From Sporopachydermia quercuum (Eukaryota), in assembly GCA_001599295.1 (NCBI GenBank), contig BCGN01000002.1, positions 1,674,001 to 1,738,000 of the forward strand: a DNA stretch of 64,000 nt, read 5' to 3'. The notes beneath the pieces were generated by a model, which was not told where the DNA came from, searched no databases, and was given only the letters and a program-made list of their open reading frames with translations. Every line of letters begins with the position of its first letter. Position 1 is the first letter of the stretch. This document shows positions 35,861-48,400 of the stretch, in pieces. The position numbers were made by a program, and so were the translations under genes.

Positions 35861-36670
35861 TTAGACTGGCCGCCTCAATCCGATCAAAAGATTCTCCCAT
35901 CCTTTCAACCCGTTTTCATTGCACACATCAACGTTCACCGTTACGTTGTTCAAACTAACGTCTGAATAGTTATTTATCCAACAACAGAAATTCCAATGGG
36001 ATCCTAGCAAATCAATATGATTTCCATCACCTATTAAAACAGTCCGGCAACAATCTTCACAATGTAACATTACTTGTGATTCGTTTATCTCTCGCTGTAG
36101 TGACCACCCCAATAATGCTGTTTTCTCTACTGGGTCGAAGTCATTGACATTTATAAATTCTTCACCTATAATGATGTTTTCTTGAATGATTTTCCTTTTT
36201 GTCATTAGCCCCAGAATCCTTCGTTGATATGCCTTGATTACTTTATCACCAACAGGATTTGACAATCCATACACGCCTCCTACAGGAACATGCATCATTC
36301 TCCATCCACAGGTAGGTAAATGCTTATTGATTATTTCCNTTTTATATTCTTCTCCTAGTCTCTTATCTATATGTTTGTTAGCAACTATTATCAATAAAAA
36401 GATTATTTCGAGACACTAGTCAACCGTTCTATTAGACTTACATAGTAGGTCCTTATCGCCAACTATGAAGACAATTACTTGCTTACAGTTTTCACAAACA
36501 AGTAAACCATTAGACCACTGCCAACCATGACTGGCAAATTCAATGGGTGATATTGGAAACAAAGAGTAATTCCACGGTAAGAATGTTCTAGTTCTTTGTA
36601 AAAGTGCTTCTTTTGAGAATAGCTCAAATGCTGAAGCTCTAGTTGAAGATTGATCTTCTGAAGCTGTCAT
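35861..36670 (-). CDS. PML39: C3HC zinc-finger / Rsm1-type protein (PML39/NIPA-like); exons 36670-36442 and 36366-35861
   Basis: LLQRTRTF, FASHGW, CENC...HLPTCGW, second CEDC..HWNFCCW and GWENLL motifs. Intron GTAAGT..GCTAAC..TAG is in phase. The 3' end may have further exons. Confidence 0.7.
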
Positions 36671-37218
36671 TGTTATGGTGAACTTGGCTAGTAACCATTA
36701 TAATAAGGACATTTAACAAGTAAGAAGTAATCAATCAGAATTGAGAGATTCGATGAAGGAAATCTGTCTATGAATTGGAATAGTTTTATACTTTATTCTT
36801 TGAGCTTATTGAAACATTTGACATATTTCTAAATGTTGTAATGCGTAATAATGAACACATCACGTGAAGAAATTGTTACCACAACGAAGAAGACCCTGGA
36901 TACCTTCCTTTATACTCCTTTAAATCTAATTTAATTTATGTTGAGTCGAGAAATTGTCTATTTGATTGTTTCTACTGTTTTTCTTTGTCAGTATTTTGAG
37001 TGTTCAAGCACGTATCATTCTACGGGACAAGACAGCAACACAGCGCTACTTAGACACCCAGAGCTCATTTACCATTAAACGGTCGCTAACCGTTGACTCA
37101 GATTTACATTTTTTTTACCCTCTAATAACTAGAATAAAATAGCATTCTTGTGAACGAAAAGCACCATAAATTTTATTCATAGTCCCTCATCTTTTTCAAC
37201 CAACTCCTATGACTCCTG

Positions 37219-37257
37219 CTTCGCACTAACTTCGCGCTTACTTCGCGCTTACTTCGC
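37219..37257. repeat. Short 11-bp tandem repeat CTTCGCRCTWA, about 3.5 copies
   Basis: cttcgcactaa cttcgcgctta cttcgcgctta cttcgc. Confidence 0.8.
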
Positions 37258-37834
37258 CGTTTAATTGACATGTTTGCTGACATGAATGCAATTTTTACTC
37301 CCATCATTTTAACACAGTAAGCGTCTTACAGCGAATAGATAGAATAATACATTAATAATATCACATGCTAAATAAAATTGAAAACCATTTGCCCAATCCA
37401 ACCCAAATGCAGCAAAGTATAGACAAATACCCACATCATAGAATGATAATGATGAAAAAATATCACAGAAAAAAAATAAAAATATGAAAATATAAAGAGA
37501 AATTCGTAAGAAAAATAATTAGGAAGTGACACATTAAGCAGACTAATAGAATATAATTTAAGTAAGAATACAATAACAAAAGCATGACGATAGCATAAAG
37601 GTGAAGAGTGAACATAACAAGAGAGGAGTGATCAAAGATGCTAATAACTAAACTTCATCATCGAAAGAATAATCAAGGAGTAAAAATCGTGGACATTTGT
37701 TGTGCGTAAGTAAAATTAGATAAAGCGAAAGATGACCGACAATCTTGCAATTATTGATAAAGTAGGTGAAAACAGGTATTCAGTTAATCAACAATTTAAT
37801 ACATGAAAGGAAACATTAATCATGAAAGCAACAA

Positions 37835-40330
37835 TCAGTTTTTTGAGCTAGTTGGTGCATCACCAGATTTAGAAGCAGTAGGAGATGTTTTCAACCATTT
37901 ATCATTCTCAATAGCCCGACGCAGAACAGAGCAAACGTCAACACCAAACACATCAGTTACGCCATTAACAGAATCAGAGAAATTAGAAACACCGGACGAT
38001 TCTAAGTAAGCTCTTCTTCTTTCTTCTCGCTTGTCAGGTGAACCAAAACATGCTCTGCTTATTAGATCATCATCTTCATGATAAAATATAGAACGGGCTG
38101 GCGATGTAAAGAACTCTTCAGCATACGAAGGAGAATTCCATAATCTTCTTATTGTAGAAGGGCGATAAATTGATGAAGGAGTTCTTGAATGTGTTTTAGT
38201 TTTAGGAGTTACCAGATTATTACCTAGTCTCCCTATACTTGAAGGTTCAGTTGATAATAATGTCACACTTGAAGATCCTTCTGCTATANTTGAACCACTT
38301 GACAATTTTTCATCGATCGAAGAAGAAGAGCCTAATAATTGCTCATGAATGATTTTTTGCTTTGGCGTTAAGGGAGCAAGTAAAGGACCAGGTTCATTCA
38401 GTTTAGTTGGTGAGAATTCAAAAGCTAAATCACAATTAAATGATGTCGTGAAACAGTGAGGGTCCATTAAACCAGTACGATAAGGTGATATCTCAGTTTG
38501 ATCAAATGTAGCTTTATCCCCACTAGCTGAAGCTACCCATGATGAGGATGGGGCAATCAAACTTGGAGCATTTTCAAGTAAACTATTGCCAGAATGTTTC
38601 TTTTGTGGGGTAGCAACGTCGCTATCACTGCTAGAGCTGGTATCTTTATCGTCATCATCATCATCGTCATCATCATCGTCGTCATNATCATCATATTCTA
38701 CACCAAACTTTCTTTTCTTCGCTCTATTTCCTAATAAGGAGAATCGCTGAAGACCAATAGCTGTATTGGCGCGTTTCAATGGTGAGCGTGAAAAACCAGC
38801 TTTTAGATTATCATCAAAAAGCACAGCAGATCCTCCCATGACAGCTTTTTCCATGATAACAGGTGATTTCTCCAACGTCTTTTCAGTATTCAGATTTACT
38901 CGGATTTTTGGTAGTGGCCCCGGTCTGTCAGGAGACTCCTCCTCTGGTGTCAAAGGATCAGTAGTAGGATCATATGGATCATCGGGTTTTTCTGAAGGGT
39001 CTTCTTTGGTGCTCAAATCATGCACATCTTTTTCTTGATTCAGTGATTGGTTCGTTGACGGCTTCGGCAACCTTGAGCATGAATTTGAGTTGCTCGTGAA
39101 AGGTTTGCTTGAATTAACAACCACTCCTGCTAGTCCAACACGAGAATTACCTAATAGACTTTCATGCATTGAGCTCGATTTTCTAAGTGAACGATTTCCT
39201 TTCAGAAATTGCATCTCACAACCGTTCTCAACAGCCCAATAATGACCTTTACCATCTTTTGATTTCTCACGTTTGGTGAAAGCTTTATTCAAACTAAGGT
39301 TGTGACGAATAGAATTTTGCCAACCACAGTCTCCACGTCGATAAAACTTGAATGTTGCAGAAATCCAATCATAGATTTGCGATAAAGTTAATTTTCTATT
39401 CTCCGATCGTAAAATGGCCATACCAATTAATGTCGCATAAGAGAATGGTGGTTTATTACCATCGTCCATTATTGGTGGTAAAAGTTCCTCTACATTATTG
39501 AACTGGAGAGGAGCAGTAGTGATTTTTGACGCGTCTATTGCATNGGATGTCATACTATTAACAACAAATTCCGACCTTCCTGGCTGCTGTTTTGAATTGG
39601 TGGTTTGTTTAGAGGTTTTCGACGGCATTTTATTTTCAGAGGAACAAATATTTTTTGAATCTGCTTGTCCAGTTATTCGTTTAGAGATTGGCGATGATTT
39701 TGCTGGTGAAGGAATTTGAGTAACAATATTTTCTTTTTCAGTATGCATAATAAAGTCCTTAGACGGTTCTCTAACTTTCTGTATTCCGGCTGTTGTAGGC
39801 GTACTAGGAGGATGGTACATTATTGCTGTATTCATTCCATCTCGTGATAAAGTATGGGGTGGAGTGTTTAATGTAGGTGGGGGCACGTCTTTAAGGGCTG
39901 TTGGAAACGTATGTTGGCTATTCATCATTGGCATATAGCCATCACGATAATATGTAAAAGAAGGATTTATAATACCTTTGGACGCGTCTTCTGTTCTATA
40001 GTACATATTTGGAGAGTTTGGCGGAAAATCCATTGGACCTGATATGTGTTTCTGTGCATAGTTCATTCCTGTTTCAGTGCAAGGTCGGTGACCGTTGAAT
40101 GGCTGCTGTGGTTTAGGAAGCGAGTTCGTGTTTACATGATTTTGNTTATGAGGATGTTGCTGATGATGATGTGTCTGACTCTGACCTTGGGTTTGGTTAT
40201 GGATTTGGTTGTGAAGTTGAGCCTGATCCATCATGTGTTGTGTATGAGATGATGGAGGAGGAGGTAAATGGATTGAAGTAAGCGATTTGAAGATATTGGA
40301 GTTGACGTTATTCGATTGTTCCGAGCTCAT
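37835..40330 (-). CDS. HCM1: Forkhead transcription factor, Hcm1/Sep1 type
   Basis: KPPFSYATLIGMAIL..LTLSQIYDWI..WQNSIRHNLSLNKAF with no FHA domain and many S/TP sites. Confidence 0.8.
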   Translation of the reverse strand: MSSEQSNNVNSNIFKSLTSIHLPPPPSSHTQHMMDQAQLHNQIHNQTQGQSQTHHHQQHPHXQNHVNTNSLPKPQQPFNGHRPCTETGMNYAQKHISGPMDFPPNSPNMYYRTEDASKGIINPSFTYYRDGYMPMMNSQHTFPTALKDVPPPTLNTPPHTLSRDGMNTAIMYHPPSTPTTAGIQKVREPSKDFIMHTEKENIVTQIPSPAKSSPISKRITGQADSKNICSSENKMPSKTSKQTTNSKQQPGRSEFVVNSMTSXAIDASKITTAPLQFNNVEELLPPIMDDGNKPPFSYATLIGMAILRSENRKLTLSQIYDWISATFKFYRRGDCGWQNSIRHNLSLNKAFTKREKSKDGKGHYWAVENGCEMQFLKGNRSLRKSSSMHESLLGNSRVGLAGVVVNSSKPFTSNSNSCSRLPKPSTNQSLNQEKDVHDLSTKEDPSEKPDDPYDPTTDPLTPEEESPDRPGPLPKIRVNLNTEKTLEKSPVIMEKAVMGGSAVLFDDNLKAGFSRSPLKRANTAIGLQRFSLLGNRAKKRKFGVEYDDXDDDDDDDDDDDDKDTSSSSDSDVATPQKKHSGNSLLENAPSLIAPSSSWVASASGDKATFDQTEISPYRTGLMDPHCFTTSFNCDLAFEFSPTKLNEPGPLLAPLTPKQKIIHEQLLGSSSSIDEKLSSGSXIAEGSSSVTLLSTEPSSIGRLGNNLVTPKTKTHSRTPSSIYRPSTIRRLWNSPSYAEEFFTSPARSIFYHEDDDLISRACFGSPDKREERRRAYLESSGVSNFSDSVNGVTDVFGVDVCSVLRRAIENDKWLKTSPTASKSGDAPTSSKN
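38647..38693. repeat. GAY trinucleotide microsatellite encoding a poly-Asp tract in the forkhead protein
   Basis: (tca/tcg)n run on the + strand. Confidence 0.85.
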
Positions 40331-40465
40331 TATGATGAAAGAAAGATTCTAACAATAATAGATTTGATTATTAACTGCGATATAATAATTCGAGCCCTCG
40401 CTACTAATAATAGTAGTAGATCATACGCTGATCAAGAGTAAATTAACCAATACAACCGACCAAGA

Positions 40466-40636
40466 ACGCGGTGTTATTTTGTCAATTCGTTTGAAAAACG
40501 TCACAACAACAGCAATCTGTTTTTATTCCAATTTTTATGATTGGAATAGTTGATAATCAAGCGATGAAGTGTTTAAATTGGTTTCAATGACATTAAAGAC
40601 GCGTTAATATTTGAAAGTTTGAATAAAAAGTCGCGT
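40466..40636. promoter_or_regulatory. MCB-like elements upstream of the HCM1-like gene
   Basis: ACGCG at 40466, ACGCGT at 40599-40604 and CGCGT at 40632 in AT-rich DNA. Confidence 0.5.
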
Positions 40637-42927
40637 AAAATGATTAGATAATGAACTATTAAAACCGTTGGGAGTTGTATAGGAAATATTCAGTGCTATT
40701 GTGATAGATTATTAGGAATTGTAGTTATATAATAATAGTAGTTGAAAATAAAGTAACAACAATCGATATAAAGGTAATAATCGATAAATGAAGTACATAT
40801 ATGTATATATGTATGATGTTATAGGAAGAAGGGAGNGATAGAAAAGCTATGAGGAGTGAAGGGATGCTAGTTTAGGAGGAGGTGCGAAGTTGAAACTCTG
40901 AGTAGTATAAAGTGACGGAATGTGTACGAATATTGAAGGAGAGAATCAAAGGAGATTATTAAAAACACCAGGAAGAAGATTTGAAAGATTCTTTTTCAAT
41001 ATTGCTGAAATATTCTTTTATTTTATTTTATTTCTTTTTTACTTTAAATAATAAATATAAATATGATTTGGACTCCATATGATTCAGTTGGCGCTGAACT
41101 TTCAACTGCTTGTTATTTATAAACGAGCTTAACAGCTGATGAAATTACAACCCCAAAACATATAAGAGAACTGTTTAACTGAATAAAGTAGAAGAATCTA
41201 TATCTTTTGATTGAATATTGATAACTTTTGATCAGCGGGATTCAATTTCCTTCTCTTTCTGCTTTCATTAGGAATAATTACAAATTAGTAGTCATCAATA
41301 TTTAAACAGCTCACTAGTTACATCTCATCATCTCATCACTTGGCTCAACCAGTAGTGAAAGCTAGGTAGTTAATCTAGAATGAGGTCAATTTACTACTCA
41401 TTCAGATGTTCTATTCTCTGTTCATATCAAACTTTGAGTTCGTACTTAATCCTGTTTTAATTTACGACATCCCATTTGTCTCTATTCGGTAAATCTTCCT
41501 TGAGTACCTTCAGTTGCATGCTTACCATTATAAGATAGTGTATCTAGACAGGTGATGATTAGAATCAAGTGCCTCACCTATTGCCGTATCTATTATATCT
41601 ATATAGTTTGCTCAATTTACATCAACTATTAAAAAGACAACGTAAGAAACATCGTTTTACTACAAATTCTAACACTCTTAATTGTTGTTCNCTCCATATG
41701 ATTTCTTTTGATTATCTACATATCTCCTTTAACTATTCTGATCATAGTATACATTAGCACTATTTACTTTCAACCAGTGAGCTTGGCTATACTATATTTA
41801 TCACCATTAATCTCTCAGAGTCCTGAAGCGATTGNCTGCTTTCCACTCCTTCCTCAGATATCTGATCTCTCTCATAACTAGACGCGCAGTAGAAAAGTAT
41901 GGATGAATGGAATTTTTCTTGCTAGCAACTTTCCTTATAAAGAATGAAGTAAATAATGGAAACGCGAATTCCTGAACATTTCGTGTTATATCACGTGACT
42001 GTTAAGATGTGTAAGAATTCTTGGCCTCACGAGTTAACTAATGAGTTCAGTATATGTCATGAAATTTAGGGTAATTATTTAACCAATTGAATAATAGAAC
42101 TATAGTAATCTTCTTTTAAACAAATACTTAAGAAAGGATTAATTTGAATTAAATTTAGTGTTTCATGGAAATGTTTTAGCTCAATTCGTCAGTGGGTTCG
42201 TAGGAAATTAAATAGTAGATTACGCAGCTGAGCTGGCTAAATGATACGTAAGGGTTGGGAGGTTTAACGTAAGAATGTGAAACGTAGTAAATAATATATA
42301 TTCCCTGAGATAGGAGCTAACTAAATAGACTAAAAATTGGTTATTGTTAATGAATTTTAGTGAATCAGCTTCGTAAATGTTTACTAATTTGTAAAGATTA
42401 AAAAAAAAAGGTTCATATTGTGGGTATCTAGTACATTTACGTCATGGTAATATATGTGATTTAGAACGAAAGGCAATAATAGTTGCAATACATGTTGTGG
42501 CATAAGATTAGTGGATACCTAAACACATAAAACGATACCGAGTTTCCCATGTAGCGTATTACTAATTTTTATGTATGATTTCCAAACAAAATATGTATAT
42601 AACATAACATTCACAAGCATTTACAATCAAACTCACTATTTGAAATGCCACTTCGAAAGACAATAAGACAAGAAAAATATAACAAATACTGCTAGAGAGG
42701 AAATAATCCAATAACCAAATCACCCTTGTTTCAAATAGAATACTCATAACAAGTCAAAACATCAACTCCTAAAGGTTGTACCTCTTCCATCAGTATATAT
42801 ACCAATTTGGACAAAAACTAACCTCGCATTTTCAAATTATGATGGTTATTATATTTTGCCAAATTAATTCACCATCCACTTTCATAACATATATAATTAA
42901 CACAATTGGAAACCAATACCAAAAGTT

Positions 42928-44931
42928 TTATTGAATTTTAAGAATTTCAACTTTAGCATCCTGCCAGCTTTCTAAGTTCTTTCTGGCCCACTCTAAAAGG
43001 CATCCTGAATAGTTCTTAATCATTCTACGTAAATCTTCTTCCTTTGTAGTTTGGAATCTTTCCAAATCTTTCTTAACAGACTCAGATGCCTCTTTAGAAT
43101 CCACGGTGGCTGCATTCAAAGCAGCTTCTAACTCGCTAATTCTTTCTTTAGTTTTAGCTATATTGTTTCTTCTGTTAGCCTCTGGATCAGATTCAACAAT
43201 ACCAGATATGGTTTTAGATATTTTGGACATTCCAGGAATTTTGAACTTTTTCTTTTTACCCGGTTGTTCAGGACTTGCTGGAGACTCTATTGTACCATTA
43301 GCGTCATCCAAAGAGTTTCTGGAATATTCGTTGCTTTGACGGCTTAGTTCTGCAGATTTCCTGGCTGATTCATTAGCCAAAGAAGGATTATGAGCAAGAA
43401 TAGCTTCAATTCTTTGTGCTTCAGCTTCACTTTTCTCTAAAGCTTCCAAGATTGTTCGTTTGGCATCAAGAGATTCTGTAGTCATTTCTTCCTGTAAGGC
43501 CTTTTGTCTTCTATACTTCAAAACAGATCTTACAATGCTAGCAAATTGAACAGATTCACCTAACGGTTCAGTGAAAGAGGACGAAAGATTAGAGACAAGA
43601 GTTTCGGCTGCAAAATAACTACCGTCAACTGCCTGGCCAGTATGTTCAAGGGCAATAGCTACTTGTCCGTGTTCTTCAAGACTAAAAGAGTTGAACTGTG
43701 CACCCAATTCAGCAAAATCTTGTCCTAAATCTGACAAATGTTTGACAATTCTTTTATTGACTTTCTCCAAGCCACCACTGATAATTGTTTCATAATCCTT
43801 AGCATTTGATTCCGCTTCTGAAAATGCCAAATCTTCGCCAGACTTGAGTTTTGCAGTTGAAGATGGAACAGGTAGATACTGATGTGCAGGACTAGAAGTT
43901 TCTGGTGATAAAGGAGCAGCCTTCAAGGAAGATTTTGGTAAATCTGATACAGGAGGTGATGATAGAACATCGGGCTAGAATGTAAGTTAGTAGACTGTTT
44001 GTTGGAGATACTTTTATGCCAAAGCATACAAGACTGTGAATGTACTCATAAACAAAGAACGGCTAAAGAGATGTCGACGAATCTCAATCACCTTTATAAC
44101 TATTCTTTAAAGCTAAGTAAATGGCCTCATCAGTGGCCTCATCAGCGCTATACTTGTAGATAGTGATTGCTCATTTACTTACCCAATTAACATTTGGATC
44201 CAAGAATTTCTGAAAAACAGAGCTTTCCCGGATTTCCTTCATGGAATGACATCTGTTCAAAAATACAGCAAGTCTTCTCTGACGATGTTCAATGATGGAA
44301 ACATCTTCTTTTGCTTTTGTAGGCGCTGCGGCATAGTCAGCTATGTTAGGGTATGTTAGTAAAAGATGCTTTCCATTCATTCAATAAATAATCCCTTCAG
44401 TTCCTCGGCAAATAATATATACTACGTACACATTGAGTGCTTTTCAGGAATCGGTGGTATAATTAAAGTAGGAAATAGTCTTGCTAATGTATTGCGAAGA
44501 GATTCAAACTCCGAATATCTCCGTCTGACAGTCAGCTCTTGTACTTTGATAGTATAAGCAATGTAACCTCTGCTATGGCCTTCTTTACTTTTCCCAGCAT
44601 CAATAATCAAAATCTTTGCATCGGGATCTTCATTTAATATTTGACCAACTCTTCCATCATAAGACTTTCTAGACGGTTGAATATAATTCTCGTTATCATT
44701 AACATCATCACTCAGTTTTCCTTCTCCCTGTTCCCTACTATTTTTTGTCTGTACAGTTGTCTTTGTTTGAGTTACATCAATATCTTCAAACAAGGGATCC
44801 CCACCCGACTTATTGTCCTCATTTGTATCATTAATATTCAATTTTGCAATTGATTCTTGAGCAATTGCAGTTGGTAGTTCGGCAGTTTCTGGAACCGCAA
44901 AAGGGTTATTATCTTCCTCATATGAGTCCAT
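42928..44931 (-). CDS. ATG20: PX-BAR sorting nexin of the Atg20/Snx41 family; exons 44931-44430, 44340-44183, 43974-42928
   Basis: VRRRYSEFESLR..PTLIIPPIPEKH PX motif. Introns GTACGT..TAG and GTAAGT..TACTAAC..TAG are in phase. Divergent from TRM3 like S. cerevisiae ATG20; an SNX41 assignment is also possible. Confidence 0.8.
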
Positions 44932-45484
44932 GGTGCCTAGATTTTATTGTACCTCACTCAATGTTCACCTCAGATCATTCATCGGATATATGTATGAACT
45001 TTCCAACCAATTCCTATACTGACATCGAGCAATGTGTTGGGTCAAACTTATATAAAATTATCAAGCAAAATCAACCAATTGTATTTATGTTTCATTAGAT
45101 GCGTATGAATTTGTACGTCCCTTTATCTATTGGTAAGATATGAATGAAGGAATATTTCTTGTTTTGGAAAGACAGAAACTATGAGAGAGAAAACCGGAAA
45201 CAATGACCATTGTGTGGCATAATCACATGATTGGATATTTAGTCATGTGATTAAAAGGCCGGTTTAGGAAAGTGAAAAATTTCGGTTATCTGTGCGAAGA
45301 AGTAACATAAAATTTTGTTTATTATAGAGTAGGGAAGATATGAAGATAGGNAGCTCTTATGAAGTTTTCGGAGAATCGAGTGGAGGATTTGAGATTCAAT
45401 TGCATACATTACATATTTANAAAACACTCATTGTAATTGAGAGCAAAAACATTTTTTGCTCGGATTGAAAGAGCATTGTCGAAG

Positions 45485-48400
45485 ATGTCATCATCAGTCT
45501 CCTTGCTTGCGAAAAGCATCTCTGATGAATCTAAAGAGCAAGTAATCAAGCAACTATCGACACTTCTAAACAGTACAGCGCCTGATGAATCTGTTAAAAT
45601 AGCAGCGACCTTAAGTGAGATTTTGGGCACTGTTGATGATGTTTCCAAAGAAATCAGAACCAATATTTCCACGTTCGTCAAAGATTTGTTTTTTATAGTT
45701 AAAACAAGTGGAAATCTCAATGATAACCTTCCATTGACAACAGCTCTCAAACTATGTTTCAAAGTATCATCAGTTGTATCTCAAATAATTGAAAGTTGTT
45801 TCTCAGTCTTGGAGAACTATTTTGCTACAGCTGCTACTATTTCTGAAGCTCAATCTTTGGAGATTTTTCAATCTCTTGGAAAGGCAAAACCTTCCAATTC
45901 TGATGTTTTAGAGCCAGCTAGTTACGAAGACTTATTATTTCATTTATTTTTCATTTCTCGGCTTTTGATGTATGATGTTGTAATAGAGAATATTTTGATT
46001 GAAAAGCAAATAAAGTACTGTCTTCTGTTTCTTGGCACGAACTGTGATGGTTATCTTCGTGTGTCAGATGTATCTCTTGCTCTAACTACTTCTCAAGCTA
46101 TACGATGGGGATTAAAATATACAGTACATAATCAAGAAATAACTGATTTGCTATGGAAACAGATTTTCTTTCTACTATCTAATGATTTTCATTCAACAGA
46201 TAAATCAATTCCTTATATTCTCTGGCTCAAATGGTTATCTATAGAAAACCAACATAATCAAGAATATTACAATTCCTCACTTGCACCTAAACATGATTAC
46301 TGGAAGTGTTTACAGTCTGGATTATCGTACGATTCTCATGATATTAGAAAATATAGTACGTTAATTTTGAAGATATCTATTGAGAAATTAGACAGAAATA
46401 TCGATAATGAATTCATACATTGGGAGAACTCAAAGCAGGATGAATCAATTGTTGAATGGGAAAGATTTGATACATTGCTTGAAGTTATTTCAATTGACAC
46501 TTCAATTCATGAAACGAAGGCTTCAGAATTAAATTTGAGGTACCTTTTCTCTGTTGAATGTCATATTCCTGTCTCCTGGGGTATCTGCCTATTGTCAACT
46601 GGTCTAAATGCTACTATGGATTCTGTAAGAAAATTCATTCTTGAATTTGTTTTCTCGCTACCTAGTGAAAGTCTAGAAAAACTCTCGGATCACGAAGGAA
46701 TTGATTTTCTCATTTCCAAGCTTATTCCATTTTCTCTAACTGCGACACATTTTAAGACTGAGAAGATATCGCGTCAAAACCCATTGGATTTATATGGTGA
46801 TTTCCAATGTAATCACGCTGAAAATCTTGTCAATTTTTTTAATAACTTGTTCAATAGTTTCGTGTCATCTTCAGAGGCCAATTGCCTGTTTTCTGGTATT
46901 CTAAATCTTATTATCAAAAACAGGTATTTATACGATCCGGCTAGAATCTATGCATTATATGGATTAGTTGAAGCATTCAATCAACGATCCATTTTGACTG
47001 GAAAAGAAATTGAACTCATTGGAGAAGTATTCGAAGTTGATGCAGAAAACTCCATGAGGACAAGAATGGTAAGGGTATTATGTTTGAAATTATTATTGAA
47101 AGCTGAGCCAGCTGAATATAATACTCAGCGTTTTATTATCTTCTTGAGTAAATTTGTTAAAAGATGTGGTTATTCTATTTTCAAAGAGCAGCAGGTTGAA
47201 CTTGTTGACTGGCTAAGAGAGGCTGATAGCGAAGAAACTATAGTATCATTATTCGAAAACACACCTACTGATATCCATTTGTATGAGGGACAATATTTGG
47301 GAGTTTTAATTGAGTTAACCTATAGTCTAGCAACTGATAAGGAGCATGTCAGTCAGAAAGCTCAGCAGTTTATTAGCAACAGGCTGGAAATTATTTGCCA
47401 TCTTCTAATTTCTGGACTATCAAATGTTCTAAAAGTTTTAAACCGCTGGAAGTTGGTTAACGTCTTTGACCAACATTTGAAAGATCTCCTATTTACTCCT
47501 GTATCATTCTCAGGAACTGACTATAATATTATGAAGCTATGTAATCAAGTTATTACTTCTGACTCCTCAAACATTGATTTCTTGTTTCCTGATTCCACCG
47601 CAATTAGTGAATTGTTACTTAGGATCGTCTCAATCAGTGACATTTTACCTGAGCAATTAAAGACTGAAGATTATGATGCATTTAAGGGATTTGTTCATTA
47701 CATTCATTTTCTATCGACTATCTATTGCCATGGTTTCAATAAGCTAAAACAGGACTCGCCAGACGAATTAGTAAAGATAAAACACAATTTGGTAAGTTTC
47801 AAATCAGTATGTAAGTTGAATTCTACTATTAGTCAAATTCTGAATGAAAGAAGTACTAAGGAACGTGATTATCATACATATAGAGATCTTGTTTCAAAAG
47901 CCGTTTACGATCTGTTTACTTTAACAATCGAAGACGTTACTGATCAAATCGAAATAACAGATGATATCTCCGAAGAATATTTTGACGATTTTTTCTCTCA
48001 AGCAGAATATGACATTAATGCTACTGCTTATTTGTCAAGAAAATCCATGGTAAGATTTTTCAGAACCTTTGTTGTTCTTTTAGTGAAAGACTCTGATGAT
48101 GAGTCTTCTACTTCTATTGATGATTTTGTTGTTCCAATCTATAAGAAGATCCTTGAGTTATTATATGAATTATGGAAAGCTGTTCTTAATGAAAGGTTAG
48201 TTGGTAGTGAAAGAGATCTTCATCATGATTTAATTCAGTTGATTTTTTCCCCAAGACTACTCGACTATAGCCTTGTGAGTCAATATTTTGGCATCAATGC
48301 TGTGCCGATATTTGAAGAAATTAGCAATGATATTATTCAGCAATCATTTGCTCGTCGTACACTTATCACAGTGCTGTCCAAGAGTCTTTTTGAGTATCAA

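Noticed and set aside
44118..44147. Hammerhead ribozyme core CTGATGA-GGCC in the ATG20 intron
   Set aside because: The required GAAA after stem II is absent (ATTT follows), and no stems I/III were found.
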